Translations under genes and position numbers: made by a program
Shown: positions 11,398 through 24,201 of the stretch, in pieces
How the letters are laid out: each line of letters starts with the position of its first letter
Numbering within the stretch: the stretch's first letter is position 1
DNA from: an uncultured Methanoregulaceae archaeon
GTDB taxonomy: Archaea; Halobacteriota; Methanomicrobia; Methanomicrobiales; Methanospirillaceae
Assembly: GCA_963733045.1 (NCBI GenBank)
Contig: CAVTBZ010000003.1
Coordinates: 31,223 to 95,222 of the forward strand
DNA: 64,000 bases
Direction of reading: 5' to 3'
The notes under the pieces: model-generated
Told to the model about the DNA's origin: nothing
Seen by the model: only the letters and a program-made list of their open reading frames with translations
Databases searched by the model: none

Positions 11398-12431
11398 GAG
11401 TTCCCTCCATCATATGCACAACCCGTTCTATCTCTGCTGCGAGTTTTTTCAATGGGAGGACGAGATCAACGGCATTATTCTTTATCGCGGATCGTGCCAT
11501 CCCGTATACAAGACAATCCTTCTCATCACAGATAAGGCTCACACCTCCGGCTTGTTTTACGGATTGTGCGCCCATACCGGCATCATTTCCCATACCACTT
11601 AATATTACTGAAACAACGTTTTTTCCATATACCTGAGCAGCGGATTCAAACGTTTTATCCACCGCTGGCCTGACGCCATGGACCTGGGGTGAAGAAGTAT
11701 GGACAATTCGCCCTGTTGTTTTGCCATCCGCTCCCATTACTCCGGAAATAACTGTGTGAACGCCCGCTTTCGAAAGCAGGATTTTTCCTGTTTCAAGCAT
11801 ATCGCCGTTCTGGGTTTCTTTGACCGGCATGCTGGCAATCCTGTTAAAACGCTCGGCAAGTGGTGCGGTAAAACCCAGGGGCATATGCTGGGTGATAATA
11901 ATACCGGCAGGGAGATCAGGAGGTAACATGGATAGCAGGGTATCAACCTGCTGGGGTCCCCCGGCGGAAGACCCGATAAGAACGACCCGATCGCCGGGAT
12001 ATGGTGAGATGGGATTATTTTCCGATAGGTTGCCGATGATGGAAGAGTGGCGAGGTGTTTGACTTTGGAAATTAATTCTTCACCGATCTCGCGTAAACGG
12101 GGAAGATCTGTTGGTTTTAGCATAAAATCATCAGCACCAAGTCGGATCGCCTCATGGGTCATCTCGGCGTCTTTTGAAGTAAGGAACTCAGCATCAGGAC
12201 TTTGGGAGACTCCTTTATCTTTTTGAGTTCCCGGAGGACCTCAAGACCGTTCATTTTAGGCATCTCAATATCAAGAGTAATTAAATCCGGATGGTTTTCT
12301 TTGATCTTTTCAAGCGCATCCAGACCATTCGATGCCGTACCTACTATTTCAATAGAATCCTCTTTTGACGGAATATCCCGGATGACCGTGCGCATAAACA
12401 CGGAATCATCAACAATGAGAACTTTCACCAT
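11384..12431 (-). CDS. cheB: Protein-glutamate methylesterase CheB, two frameshifts
   Basis: Receiver domain (DDS, TLDIEMP), QHMP, RPAVD, LSGMGNDG, LVYGM. Confidence 0.93.
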
Positions 12432-12436
12432 AACCG

Positions 12437-12805
12437 TCAGGATGCTAGCACATTTTTAACTTCTTCTAATACTTTCGGGGCCTGGAATGGTTTGATAATA
12501 TAGCCTTTCGCACCGCTTTTGATGGCGAGTTTTACCATCTGTTCCTGTCCTACTGCGGTGCACATTACAATTTTCGCTGCCGGATCAAACGCTTTTATTG
12601 CCTTTAATGCTTCAATCCCGTTCAACTTTGGCATCACGATGTCCATTGTAACGAGATCCGGCTTCAGCTCTTTATATTTCAAAATCCCCTCCTCACCGTC
12701 ACCAGCTTCACCGGCTATTGTATGACCCCCGGAGAAAAGAATATTTTTTAACAGCGTTCTCATGAAGAGAGTATCATCCACAATCAGAATTTTTCCCATC
12801 GCCAA
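12437..12805 (-). CDS. cheY: Chemotaxis response regulator CheY
   Basis: DDTLFMR, TMDIVMP, IIKPF; lies between cheB and cheF. Confidence 0.93.
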   Translation of the reverse strand: MAMGKILIVDDTLFMRTLLKNILFSGGHTIAGEAGDGEEGILKYKELKPDLVTMDIVMPKLNGIEALKAIKAFDPAAKIVMCTAVGQEQMVKLAIKSGAKGYIIKPFQAPKVLEEVKNVLAS

Positions 12806-12866
12806 TCAACAAACTATTTGGCAGATTTCTTTAAAGAAGTATTGGAAATGAAAATATAATCAGGAT

Positions 12867-13675
12867 CTAGTTTGTCTGCGATTTTGTTGCATCAGAAATA
12901 AATCGCACTCCTTTTGTGGTAAGCTGTATCTCCCTGCGTATGACTGCAACTTCGCCAAGACCGAGGTTCAGGATTTTATCATAGATTAAGTCCAGCTGTT
13001 TGTGAGGGATATTGAGCATATTTTCAATTGCGTGCGAGTCCATACCGGAATAAACGAGCATAGCAACCTGCTGGTCGATACTATCCACTCGGTACCTTTC
13101 ATATCCATCCCCTTTGTTGTATCTTTTAAGAAATTGTAGAGTACCTGGAGGGTGGATAACGGACAGAGCACGAAGGATGAGGATACCTCACCTGATTCAA
13201 GGTGATCGATTCGGATGACATCTGTAGGTTTGCCCTGGACGTCCCGCTTGGTGAGTTCAATGGCTGCGACATCATTAACCGGGACACATACCTGTTTTGT
13301 GGCGGAGACGAACCAGATTCCTGATCGGACCACAACTACACTTCCTTTGTCCCATTGCGCATCCTTGATCATTACCCCGCCCCGGATTGCCGGAGACATG
13401 AAATATGCCATGAGACGGTAGGCATTGCAGGACCCAAGGATGAGTTTTTTTAATATTTGCAGGACTTTCTCAACGGACAGGATCCTGTACACTGTTTCTG
13501 CATCCGTTTTTACAGTAATTATCAGGACGTTTTTCTTTTCTGCAATATCGGCAATGGTCTTGAACAGAATTTCTTTGGAAACCGGAGCAGGGATTGCAAT
13601 ACGGTCCTCTCCGATACCCAGTTTGACGACGATCCATTCGTTGTTGTGCTGGATTTTAACCGGGACTTCTTTCAT
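12867..13675 (-). CDS. cheF: Archaeal CheY-archaellum adaptor CheF, frameshifted
   Basis: PAIRGGV motif, C-terminal LVYSGMDS...LTTKG; genomic context. Confidence 0.8.
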
Positions 13676-13741
13676 GTATCCTCACGGGCTTTTCTTTTTT
13701 GAAATGATTTTCTTTTTCGATAAATAATACTATCAGCAGGA

Positions 13742-15044
13742 TCATTTCACTCCCTTTGAAGGCGGAATTATTTTTTTCTTTTGATTCGGGACTGATTTCA
13801 TTGTTTCGTATACCCCTTTCAGTTCATTCTCGATATCATCTGCCGGGGCTTTAAAATCTTTCAATTCTCTTAAAAGACTGGTATTTTTTTCTTTTGTTAC
13901 ACGCTTGACATCCGATGCCAGAGAACTTAACATGTCGGCATCGCTGCCGGAGGCTCCTCCTGTAAAGGAAGCCATTTCAGTCTGGGTGGAGACCTCGTTC
14001 TCTGCCATATCCAGATTTTTAGGCGCGTCTGATGGAATCCAGTCAGTTGTTATGGTTTTTGATGACGGGGAAGGTGATGAAGGAGCAGGTGGTGAAACGA
14101 CCGGATTTTCTGTATTCGGTGAAGGGGTGCCGGATTCCGGCGGAGTTTCTTCTTCAAGATCAATATCAAGATCAATATCATCAAGACTCAGGTTATCCAA
14201 ATCTCCAAAATCCTCATCAATGGATTCCCCTCCTTCAAGTCCTTTGAATTCTTCAAGGCCTTCCGCATTATCTTTGAGGATGTCATCCGTTTCCGAGCTC
14301 GATATCCAGCGGTGGCAGAGAGATATCGGGCTCAGCAATTGCCATATCCGGACCACTTACGGATACTACAAGAGAGGGTTCCTGACCGTGGGACGATCCC
14401 GGCAGGGGACTATCCTGATCATCCAGTCCATCCAGGAGGCTGATGTCAAATTCATCTCCCGAAAGGGACATGAAAGGATCCTGGTCTTTTGCATGTTCCT
14501 GCGACCCTGATCCAGCGGTACCGGCAGGAGGAGAGGTTTTTGAGTTGAGATTATTTCCGGCTTTTGCAAGCGCAGAACCTTTGACTTTCTCACTAATCGT
14601 TTTATCGAGCAGCTCGTTTATGTGTTCAACTTTTTTCTCGTGTCTGCTGCGTTGTTGAATGACAGTTCCTAAAGAACCAAGTGATGAGATAAATGAACGC
14701 AGATGTAAACCAAAACCGGTTTTATTCACCTTAATTATTGGTTTCTCCTCTTTTTTTGCGGGAGAAGCAGGCTTTTTGTCCGGTTGTGCAGGTTTTTTTT
14801 CAAAAAATTTCATATCATCCAGGCGCTTCAGGATACCCTTCTTTTTGAGGTTCTGCTGCTTTTTCCGTGTGAAGACTGACCTGATTTCGGTAACCGTTAT
14901 TGCACCCAGAAGCAGGAGTATCACAAACCCGACTGCCAGAATAATGGGGATCATGAGGATTAACGGTACATCAACCAGGATCATGACCGAACCGGTGATA
15001 ACAATCACGGTAAAGAGGATAACCCTGCGCAGACTCTCTTTCAT
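13742..15044 (-). CDS. Membrane-anchored acidic hypothetical protein in the arl-che operon, frameshifted
   Basis: Two N-terminal TM segments, Lys-rich then Asp/Glu-rich region; ORFs 14283-15044 and 13742-14356. Confidence 0.7.
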
Positions 15045-16690
15045 ATAAGATACATCCCGACTGCGCCCGTAGCGGACTTTCCCATATTCGTCAGCCCCTC
15101 CGGGCTGAAGAATATGTTCACTCCTATGGGGGCGATCAATAATACGAGTCCAGTGATTGTACAGAATAGGGCTGCATAGAAATAAAACATATACCGATCC
15201 CCTCCCCCGACAATTCGTGCAGCGAATATGTTTCCGACGGTAATGATAATCAGGATTATCACCACGAAGTCGCCCATCTCCTTTTCGGGGAAGTTGGTAA
15301 ACATTGACATCCCTCCCAGAGCACTGTTCGCAGATACACCTCCGGCGCTGGCTACTCCTCCGGAGGCAGCAGTCGTTTCCGCGAATTTATTCATCATCGC
15401 TGAAACAGAACCGGTTAGTGTCAGCATTATATGGAAAAGAACAACAAGGATCCCCACCATTGCCGCGTGCATGGGTACGAGGAGCACGATAAAACTGCGT
15501 GCATGCATATCTTTTTTTTCCCGCAGAAGGGTCTGTTCGAGTACCTGATGAGCCGACTACCGTACCGATTGGTTCCGGAGGACCCCCCATAATCACGGTA
15601 TCCAGGTAGATATTGAGATATTTGTAAATGAGGTTGCTTCCCGAATCACCGATGAATTTATCCCAGATCTGTTTGTTATCAAGGCCAAGATTCATCTGGG
15701 AATAGACAGTATTCACGAGAGGTTCGAGAGCGACGAGGGATTTTTTATCAATGGTACCGAGAGCATACACCGCAGTGGTACCCTGACCCCCCATTATCGA
15801 CCCCAGACTCCTTATGAAGGTTGAAAAATCACTGTCCCGGAGGGTGATATTACTATCATCAATAAACCCGATGATACCAAGGGGTGCCATAAGGATACCC
15901 ACCAGGAGGAATACTACCCCTGCATTGATCCCAAGCAATGCCATTATGATAATCGCACCCACGGTCAGGGGGATAATTATCCTCTCCATGGCATGGATTG
16001 TCATTTGTTCCTTGGACGCTCTTTCCGTGAGCCCATGGGATTTTGGGTCATCTGGTACGGAAGTGTACATGAGCAGGTTGCCACCCACACAGATCAGCAG
16101 GACAATCCCATAGGCCATACTCAATGTGGACTCAAGGCCAGTAGGTGAATAGATGGCAACGGAGATCATCAGGGTAACTGCGATGACCGTGCCGGAAAGA
16201 AGCATGGCGATATATGCATCTCCCCATTTTGTGAGCATATCAAGTCCCTGTTCGACCTGGCTGCGATACACGCTTCTGACCGTAGAGAGTTCATTTTTTA
16301 AGAAATCATCATCAGGGACACCGGAGTCTATTGCATTCGCGTACCGGTTCAGCATGCTTCTCAGGATAGTGTTATGAGTCCTCTCAGCCACTATCCCGAG
16401 AGCTTCTGAATAGCTATAGCTCCATTTTTTGACAAACGTATCAACTTTGGTAATATATTTCGCTGATATGTACTCCTTCCGGTTTGATGCATAGGCAAAG
16501 ATCTCCGGGCGGGAGGCACTTGCAAGAGCAAGTGAGGCCATGTAGGTGTTCAAAAAAAGGAGATCGGCTCCCATCAGACGGTCTTCGGTAACCTGTGAAA
16601 CCCGCTCTTTTAAAGCTTTTATATGCGAGGCAAATGGGATTTCACGTCTCTCGGGTTTTTTTATCCTGATTCGGCGTGTTTTCCGCTATA
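15041..16690 (-). CDS. flaJ: Archaellum platform protein ArlJ (FlaJ), frameshifted
   Basis: DLLFLNTYMASL, multi-TM T2SSF-like protein following arlI; start uncertain. Confidence 0.9.
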
Positions 16691-18559
16691 TCAGGAACCA
16701 ATCTTCAGCAACCCCTGTTTCTTGATCTTCGTCAGCATCGAGAACAGGTCCCAGAACTTGGTATACCCTGCTTTGTGGAGGCGCTCAAGAATTTTGGCAC
16801 GTTTTTCCACTTCAAGATAAATTTCTGACTTTTTATTTTCAGGCATACCGAGCATGGTAGCGATTTTATTTTCAAGTAAATAGGAACTCCCTTGCCGGAC
16901 CAGATAAACGTGTCAGTGATGGGTTCCCAGGTGAACATCTCTACAAAGGTGAATCCCTGAGTTTCCGCGTTAAAACCAACCAGTTCATTACAGCTGATCA
17001 TCCGGCGTACCAGCTGGCCATCAGGACGCTTGACCGCGCTCTGGATGATGACAAGGTTGAGGTTATCTACGTAAGTTTTGGGAATGTTGATGGGATCTCC
17101 GCAGAGACGCTGGATAAGTTTTTCCACCGATGCCGCGTGAAATGTACTCATCACCGGGTGACCAGTCTGCATGGCACCAAATGCAACTGCCCCCTCAACA
17201 CCTCGGATCTCACCGACAAGAATCTGGTTGGGACGCTGGCGGAAGAGCAGCTTTGAGCAGGTCAAACATGGAAACTTCCCCGCTGGCTCCCCCACCCTCT
17301 CCTTTTCCCTTGGCGAGAGCGACTTCCCGTATCCAGTTACGGTGAGGAACATTCAGTTCCGGGGTATCCTCAATGGTAACAATCTTATTTTCAGGAGGAA
17401 TGAATCCGGTAATTGCGTTCAGGAGCGTGGTCTTTCCGCTCGCAGTCTCTCCCGATACAAAGAGCGACATACCATACTCCACGCAAATCCAGATATATGC
17501 GGCTGCCAGATAGTCAATACCATTGCTTTCAACAATATTGAGAATACTTAACGGAACATCATTCACTTTACGGATACTGAAGTTACTGCCATGCCGGCTG
17601 ATTGCAGTTCCGTAGACAATGTTGATACGGGAACCATCGGGCAGAGTAGCATCAACAATGGGGCTTCTGTATGTGATAGGACGTTTGATCCGCTCTGCTA
17701 CTTTTACGACAAATTCATCCAGCTCACTGGAGACTTTAAACTCTATCACTGATTTTAGACCTTTGAAAATTTTATGCTCAATAAAGATAGGGCCGACACC
17801 ATCACAGGAAATATCTTCAATATATGAGTCGGACAGGAACGGTTTGAGCACACCCATATCGATCTTATCCCGGATCAGCAGGTACTCGATTGCCCGGTAT
17901 TGTTCATCAGTAAGGATCACTTTACCTTCAGGAGTAAGGGGCACCTGGAACTTCTTTTTGGTATCTTTCATTTTTTTCTGTGCAGTGAAGTCCGTGTTTA
18001 AAAATGTCGTGAATTTTGATTTAAAATCCTGCTGACTGGGACCTCCTCCGGTAAGGAGGGAAATATCTTTTCCTTTTGGCAGAATTACACTGACTGATGC
18101 CAGCATTTTCCTTATAACATCAGCCCGTTCTTTATCAGAAATCGGATCGTCTTCGAGTGCGTCAATCAGGTTAATGAGTTTTGTCTCAATTTCCGGAAGG
18201 ATCTGGTCTACGCTATGGAGAAATGATGGTTCGATAGGGATGTAAAAATTCTGTACATCATCCGGGTCCGGGAGAATATGGACGAACGTAGTATCATTCA
18301 CCGGATAAATAATATTCGGATTCTCCATCTTGCGGAGATCTTTTTTCAGTTCCGAGAAGAAAAGCGGAATTCCATACGTGTTTACCGGGAACGTGTGAAG
18401 GTATTCAAGAAGGTGGGGACTGGCTTTGACGTACTCTTTGGCGTTCGCCGGGAGCATTTTATAGAGTGGACTTGATTCAATATCATTATAAAAATCAACC
18501 GTTGAATCGATTTCCTCCTTTTTAAACGGGAGGTTAACAGCAATTGAGAGAGTACCCAT
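16691..18559 (-). CDS. flaI: Archaellum motor ATPase ArlI (FlaI), frameshifted
   Basis: GETASGKTT, TIEDTPEL, RQRPNQILVGEIRG, TGHPVMSTFHA. Confidence 0.95.
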
Positions 18560-18560
18560 A

Positions 18561-19293
18561 TCAGACCTTCGCGAAACTCATTGGAATGACTTTCATCCCA
18601 TAACCGGGATGGACTTCGAAACTGACAACGTTTCCGGTAAGTCTTATGTGCACCCCGGACCTTTACGACTTCCATCACCATGACATACTTGTTCCCGACG
18701 AGGGCTTTTTTCATGTTCAGGTGGGCATCACAGATTGACCGTATTCTTACAAGCGTGTCTTCCTCAAATGCATACGTGTGCAGGGTTACCAGGACCGTCT
18801 TGCCATGATCGACCATTGATTTGCAGTTTGTAAAGAAGGTAAGAATATGGTCAGTCTGTGCATATTCGGTAAAAAGTGTCAGTGAATCAACAATAATAAC
18901 CTGGGATTTGCTTTTCTCCATATGACTGATAAGACGTGCGAGAATGCCTGCCATCTCTTCTTTTTTCCATTCAAAACCGACAACGTGGAGGGGGAAGACT
19001 TTGAGGTAACCCCATGAGAAATATTCCGAGATATCGAGGCTCATGGATTCCATCTGCTTGATAAAACTCTTACTGGTATTCTCTGTAGTGAACAGATCGA
19101 CAGACAATCCCTGCTTCATCGCCCCCCAGACGATCTGCTGGGTAAGGACGCTTTTCCCGGTATCATTCTCGCCTTCAATAAGGGTAAGGGATTCAAGTGG
19201 AAGTCCATCAGCAATTTTTTTATCCAGTTCGGTGTTACCCGTCGAGATAATCCGCCGGTCTTCCCCTCCCATCAGATCAGAAATGTTTGCCAT
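18561..19293 (-). CDS. flaH: KaiC-like archaellum ATPase ArlH (FlaH), frameshifted near C-terminus
   Basis: EGENDTGKSVL, IIVDSLT, RIRSICD. Confidence 0.93.
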
Positions 19294-19310
19294 CGGACTC
19301 CTTGTTGTTA

Positions 19311-19805
19311 TCAGGGATAAGTTGTCTGTGCATTAATCCCATTGCTTGTTGTCATCTGAAACCACTCCGGACTTGCCCCGGTAAATGTTGCCCAGACCCA
19401 CATCTTCTCACCGGGATCCAGTTGTCTGGGATGGATGGTGTCCGGGACAAGTTCACCGAAAATGCACCATCTGCCCTCCGTTCCGCACGTTGTGTCATAC
19501 GTCAGGTGCTGGTATCCCCCGGAATAGCCGTTGGTACGGATGAGGACATCCATATGAGTAAAGTCACTTATCATCTCGTTGCCGGTATTTGTCACGCTGA
19601 AATTCAGTCCCTGTCCGGAAAGGTTAGTCTCTGTTTTGTTCACGGTGATGCTGGTTCTCAGACGTTCTTCGCTGATCTGGGCAAGATTTTTTTGGGAATT
19701 TGAAATGGTTTCGACTGCGGCAAGGGTACTGCCTAAAACGATATACGCTACTATAATAAGGAGGAATACCCCCACCGCAGCCCCGATAATCTCTGCAGCA
19801 GCCAT
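19311..19805 (-). CDS. flaF: Archaellum stator protein ArlF (FlaF)
   Basis: N-terminal TM, VTNTGN, LDPGE, TSNG; gene order G-F-H. Confidence 0.8.
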   Translation of the reverse strand: MAAAEIIGAAVGVFLLIIVAYIVLGSTLAAVETISNSQKNLAQISEERLRTSITVNKTETNLSGQGLNFSVTNTGNEMISDFTHMDVLIRTNGYSGGYQHLTYDTTCGTEGRWCIFGELVPDTIHPRQLDPGEKMWVWATFTGASPEWFQMTTSNGINAQTTYP

Positions 19806-19811
19806 CTCTGA

Positions 19812-20318
19812 TCAGCTCACCGTGAATTCGGTTGATCTCCAGATACCGGAACCGATAGCAAACTGGAAATAAACCTTGTTTCCCGTGGAAGGAATTGTTG
19901 TTTTGAGGGTTATTTTCACGGTTTCCCCGGGATCCCAGTAATGATTGCCATTGAGATCGTATTCCGGACTCGTAAATGTCTCGGTCCACTGGTTATCTCC
20001 CGGACTGCCGGATGTATGCACAAAGTGCTCGAAATTTCCGGTTGCCCCGCCAAAGACATCGGCCCGCTGGATATCCAGGAGTGCTATGGGCTCACCCCCG
20101 GTATTTTTCATCCATACCTGGGCAGTACCTGTTGATTGGGATGCGTAGGTGGCAATAATCTTAAAATCCGTGCGGATCCTCACATCTGTTTCATGTGTGG
20201 TTGAAGAAAAAGTTCCTGCCATATTTGAGATGACCGGATAAATTGCGTTTATCAGCACTGCCGATGCGACCACTGCGGTGATCAAAAACAATGCCGTAGT
20301 AATTGAATCGGCAGACAT
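19812..20318 (-). CDS. flaG: Archaellum stator protein ArlG (FlaG)
   Basis: SITTALFLITAVVAS, WMKNTG, WDPGE. Confidence 0.85.
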   Translation of the reverse strand: MSADSITTALFLITAVVASAVLINAIYPVISNMAGTFSSTTHETDVRIRTDFKIIATYASQSTGTAQVWMKNTGGEPIALLDIQRADVFGGATGNFEHFVHTSGSPGDNQWTETFTSPEYDLNGNHYWDPGETVKITLKTTIPSTGNKVYFQFAIGSGIWRSTEFTVS

Positions 20319-20321
20319 CGA

Positions 20322-21239
20322 TCAGATCCTATCCGGTAAATTCATCCATTCTTCATCTTTTTCTTTCTTTATGGAAGATTTCCTCTCACCCATAGAGATG
20401 CGGGAAAGATCGATTCTTTCCTCTGCGCTTCGCATATGACTGGCGGGTAAACTCTGGCGTTGTTCCATCATGACTTCTATCATATCGCGGTCAAGCGAAG
20501 TATCGTTTGGTGAAAGAATCCTGTTCAATGCATAGAGTTCTGATACAAACTCATCCGGACCGACTTCATGTTCTTCTCCAAGGTTTGCCGGCATAAGACG
20601 CGAGATCTCACGGATCTCATCACAGGATTCTTTTGTGATATATCCCATCGCCCGGTAAGACTCAAGGATAATCTCCAGCCGGTCATGTCCGACTTTTTTG
20701 ACTGACTGCTGTGTCCACTTGAAGAGTTTGTAGACTTTCTGGAGCCGGAGTTTCTCGCTTGCCTGCTCGGTCTGGGTCTCATAAACCGTTTTTGAAGGCG
20801 ACTGAGTCTGGGATCTCAGGATAGCAAGCATCTGTTCGTCAAGCATCCTTTTACTCTGTTCGGTTGACGATAATACTGGTTCAGTTTTACCGGACAGCGA
20901 TTCTGTTTTATTTTCAGTTTCGCTTTTTGCTTTTACCGCATTAAACTGTAATTCGCGTTCTTTAATTTCTGCTTCACGGGCTTCCAGTGCAGCTATCTTG
21001 CTCTCGTGTTCTTCAAGCGCTGCAGCTGAAATTCCTGCTGGTGATCCGCCAGGTGCAGGAGTCACTAAGGTAAATGGATTTTCCAGTTCATTCATCCGTT
21101 CCCGGATATCCATCAGAAGACGTTTGATAGAGGTTTTGATGAGGTCAACCTCCCGCTCCAGGTTCTGGAGCTTTACTTCCGGATCATCTTCCGATGCGGC
21201 AGTAATAATATTGTCAACCTGAGATTGATTTACCGCCAT
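20322..21239 (-). CDS. ArlC/D/E-like (FlaD/E domain) protein
   Basis: Coiled coil with ELENPF; KWTQQSVKKVG...LESYRAMGYIT resembles the FlaD/E domain; first gene of the arl operon. Confidence 0.7.
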   Translation of the reverse strand: MAVNQSQVDNIITAASEDDPEVKLQNLEREVDLIKTSIKRLLMDIRERMNELENPFTLVTPAPGGSPAGISAAALEEHESKIAALEAREAEIKERELQFNAVKAKSETENKTESLSGKTEPVLSSTEQSKRMLDEQMLAILRSQTQSPSKTVYETQTEQASEKLRLQKVYKLFKWTQQSVKKVGHDRLEIILESYRAMGYITKESCDEIREISRLMPANLGEEHEVGPDEFVSELYALNRILSPNDTSLDRDMIEVMMEQRQSLPASHMRSAEERIDLSRISMGERKSSIKKEKDEEWMNLPDRI

Positions 21240-21694
21240 AATAGATCAAATAATTATATTTAATTCAATGTTAATAAAGTTTTTGTTAAAAAAATAGCAA
21301 TAATTATAGGTTATCGCAGAAATTAAAAAAAAAATTACCAGTGAATATTAAACAATGTATACAAACTCTGTTTTTATTTTATTTGTTTTTTTCCGGTAAT
21401 TTTTCCTGTAATGCGGTACATAATAACAAACCTGGATTTTATGTATAATAATTTATCATTATCCGGTAGATGAACTATTCCCCGGCTTCTATTGCTCTCA
21501 CAACCTGGCTTGGTTTTTTTATTTTAAAAATTCCTGTAATTCTTGTTTTTTTGATTTCCGGTTCGGCTGGTTCTTGATCCATAAAGATATATTCCATGGA
21601 TAATGCGGATATTGCAACAATAGAGTTATAGTCCTTAATGATAAGTATCTATTACTATAAATCGAGCATTCCAACGTGGGAGAAGAACTAAAAA

Positions 21695-22710
21695 ATGGTT
21701 ATGGACGATTATCAGACTTCAAACCTGAGACAGGCAAAAGAATTATCATATGTCATTTTAGGAGATTTGGAAATCAACCAGTGCCCATATCGCAGATTTT
21801 AATGAAGGCAAAACGACTTGCCCGGATGCTGCACGATTCGGACGCTCAGAAATGGCTGGATTATGAGATTATGGGTTATCCTGTAGTATTTGATCCGATT
21901 GATCTTGGTTCCTGTAAAAAATATTACATGAGCAACCGCCCGGTCATCCGGGACGAAAAGACGCGTCGCCCCCACTCCATTGGTCTTCCTCACCTGGAAT
22001 CCTATATCAATTCGACTAAAATCGAATCGGTATCCAAACTCGGGGCAAACGAAAGCCAGAAAATGCAGATCCTGAATAAACACCATGAGCTGGTTAATGA
22101 TTTTGAACGTCTGAAAACTACGATCCATAATTATGTGACAGAAGTAAATATCTCACTCTCCGTAGGAGATTCTCCTGAGGATATTTTTGAAGACACACGC
22201 CTTGCTGCAGACAAATTCATCAGGGAAAATTGTCCACGGGCAGGCAAGCCGACTCCTTGCAATAAATGAGAGGATGAAATATTATTGATCCGGAGTCCTT
22301 TTCACAGGCACTTCATGCGGTACAGAAAATCCTGGTCATAGTTGCCGATACTGTTGTTCCTTCGGCTGAAAAAATATACCTGGATAAGAAAGGCCGGGAA
22401 CGGACATGGAACCCCACCGGTACTCAACCGGATTTTTTCGTATATCGAACAGAATGCAAGAAATGATCCGTTATTATTCATGATCGAGTCAGAAATGGCA
22501 TATATATTTGCAAAATCAGAAAAATCTCATGAAAAAAATAAAGCATTACATGAGCGTTTGTCCAAAGATGATGTCGAGCTGGCAATAATTCATATGTAAT
22601 TAATTATCGCTGAAATTGCTAAAATTAAAAAAATCGAAACGATTTATCTCAAGACTCTTCCTTTAGAGAATTTCAATTCGTCTCCTAAATCTTCCCTGGA
22701 CATAGAATGA
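21695..22710 (+). pseudogene. AbiTii-domain protein, disrupted (frameshifts and in-frame TAA at 22597)
   Basis: ISQILMKAKRLARML...WLDYEIMGY resembles AbiTii; reading continues LIIAEIAK past the TAA. Confidence 0.6.
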
Positions 22711-22960
22711 TAACAATATTTCATAACCGGTGACCTTTTTTATTCAGCCTGATAAGAACCCGAATTTTTGGTATAGGTGCGTTTTTGGTAATTAATCCTC
22801 ATTTGTTCATGAGAACGCGGTATCGGTCTCCGGGTAATCCGGCAGGTAAATCCTGAAATATCGAAATATTATGGTAGGTTATCTCATTTTTTTAATCCTA
22901 TTACCGTAATGTTGCGCAATTGTTTATTTGCCCTGCACTCTTTCATCAGTTGGTTTTTTT

Positions 22961-23166
22961 GGCTCTGTAAAATTCCTTTTATTCTGGCACAAAATAAAAA
23001 GGACACATGCTTTGAAGGAGGGGACCGTGCCTGTCACCTCGGGACCGCCCCTGCGCAATGTGATAGTCCAGTTATTACCTTCTCGGGGGTTATCGCATTT
23101 GGGGGAGCCAGGTGGCGGGGGTGAAACCTGAACGTTCGAGTATTTTTAAAACATTACTACAGAGCC
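22961..23166 (-). mobile_element. MITE-like repeat family A, copy 2
   Basis: Ends ggctctgtaaaa...ctacagagcc; shares cctggctcccccaaatgcgataac and gacaggcacggtcccctccttca with 3067-3274. Confidence 0.78.
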
Positions 23167-23254
23167 GATTTTTTAATATTTTTTTTATAGAAAATTATTT
23201 AGAGAAGTCAGATCTCTCTTGAATAAATTCCCTGATGGACGAAAAAAGAATTGT

Positions 23255-23809
23255 TCAGGATAATACATTGGTAACGGTTATCGTTGCACCTGTGGTCTTC
23301 GTAAATGGCAATGCAGCACCAACCGCAGGCCTGATCTCTAAATTTATTACGGTATTTGCGGGAACCGGTGTAACATTGAATGCAATTTCAATCTGCTGGT
23401 TTTGAACCATTGAATCGAGACTGGAACCTGCACCGCCTTCTTTGGCAGTGAAAACTGTTTCAGAAGATATGGCACCCTGGGTGAGGATTACCGGGGGAGT
23501 GGCAGGTGTGGAGAAGACGACTTTTAATTTTGTTAAATCAATCGGCGGAGCACCCGGGGCAAGACCAATTGAGAACCTGATTTCGGAAATAGTGGCATTA
23601 TCTGTTGAGAGCCCATACACGTTTCCAATCAACAGGAGATTTGTGGTCGATTGCTCAACGCTTTTATATATGGTTTCCTGAGCTTTCTGGGCTGTGAAAA
23701 ACCCGGCGCCAAGTACAACATAGGAAAAGACGGCCGCTACGACAACAAACGCGATGAGTACAATCGCTGCCTCAAGACCCGTGAATGCATCTGAAGAATT
23801 ATTTACCAT
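23255..23809 (-). CDS. flaB: Archaellin
   Basis: AFTGLEAAIVLIAFVVVAAVFSY class III signal peptide and archaellin N-terminus. Confidence 0.95.
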   Translation of the reverse strand: MVNNSSDAFTGLEAAIVLIAFVVVAAVFSYVVLGAGFFTAQKAQETIYKSVEQSTTNLLLIGNVYGLSTDNATISEIRFSIGLAPGAPPIDLTKLKVVFSTPATPPVILTQGAISSETVFTAKEGGAGSSLDSMVQNQQIEIAFNVTPVPANTVINLEIRPAVGAALPFTKTTGATITVTNVLS

Positions 23810-24201
23810 TGTAAAAAATCACCTGAGTAATCTATTTTTTGAAGTGCGCTTTTATAAGAGTATCCTTTTTAAAAGCATCAAACCGGAATTTATTGAAAAT
23901 AAATGCGAAAATGTATTATCAGCAATTTCTCTCTTACTATCTTTGCCTGAATTTTGCTCTGTATGCATCCCATTGGTTGCAAACGATCCACACTAACATT
24001 TAGTCATACATGTGAGACGATTCCGTATGGATTTTCATGAAATAAAGAAGTTATCCAGAAATCATTTGATTTCATATTTAATCGATACAAGGAAACAAAC
24101 GAACCTGGATTTACCGTGAATTATCCGGTAATAGTCAAATAAGGATCCGAATATTCAGTTAACCGCACGTGGATGATGATGCGAACGAAAAAAAGGAGTG
24201 A

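Noticed and set aside
8311-13675. Absence of cheW and cheR from the che operon
   Set aside because: They could lie beyond the window edge downstream of the MCP
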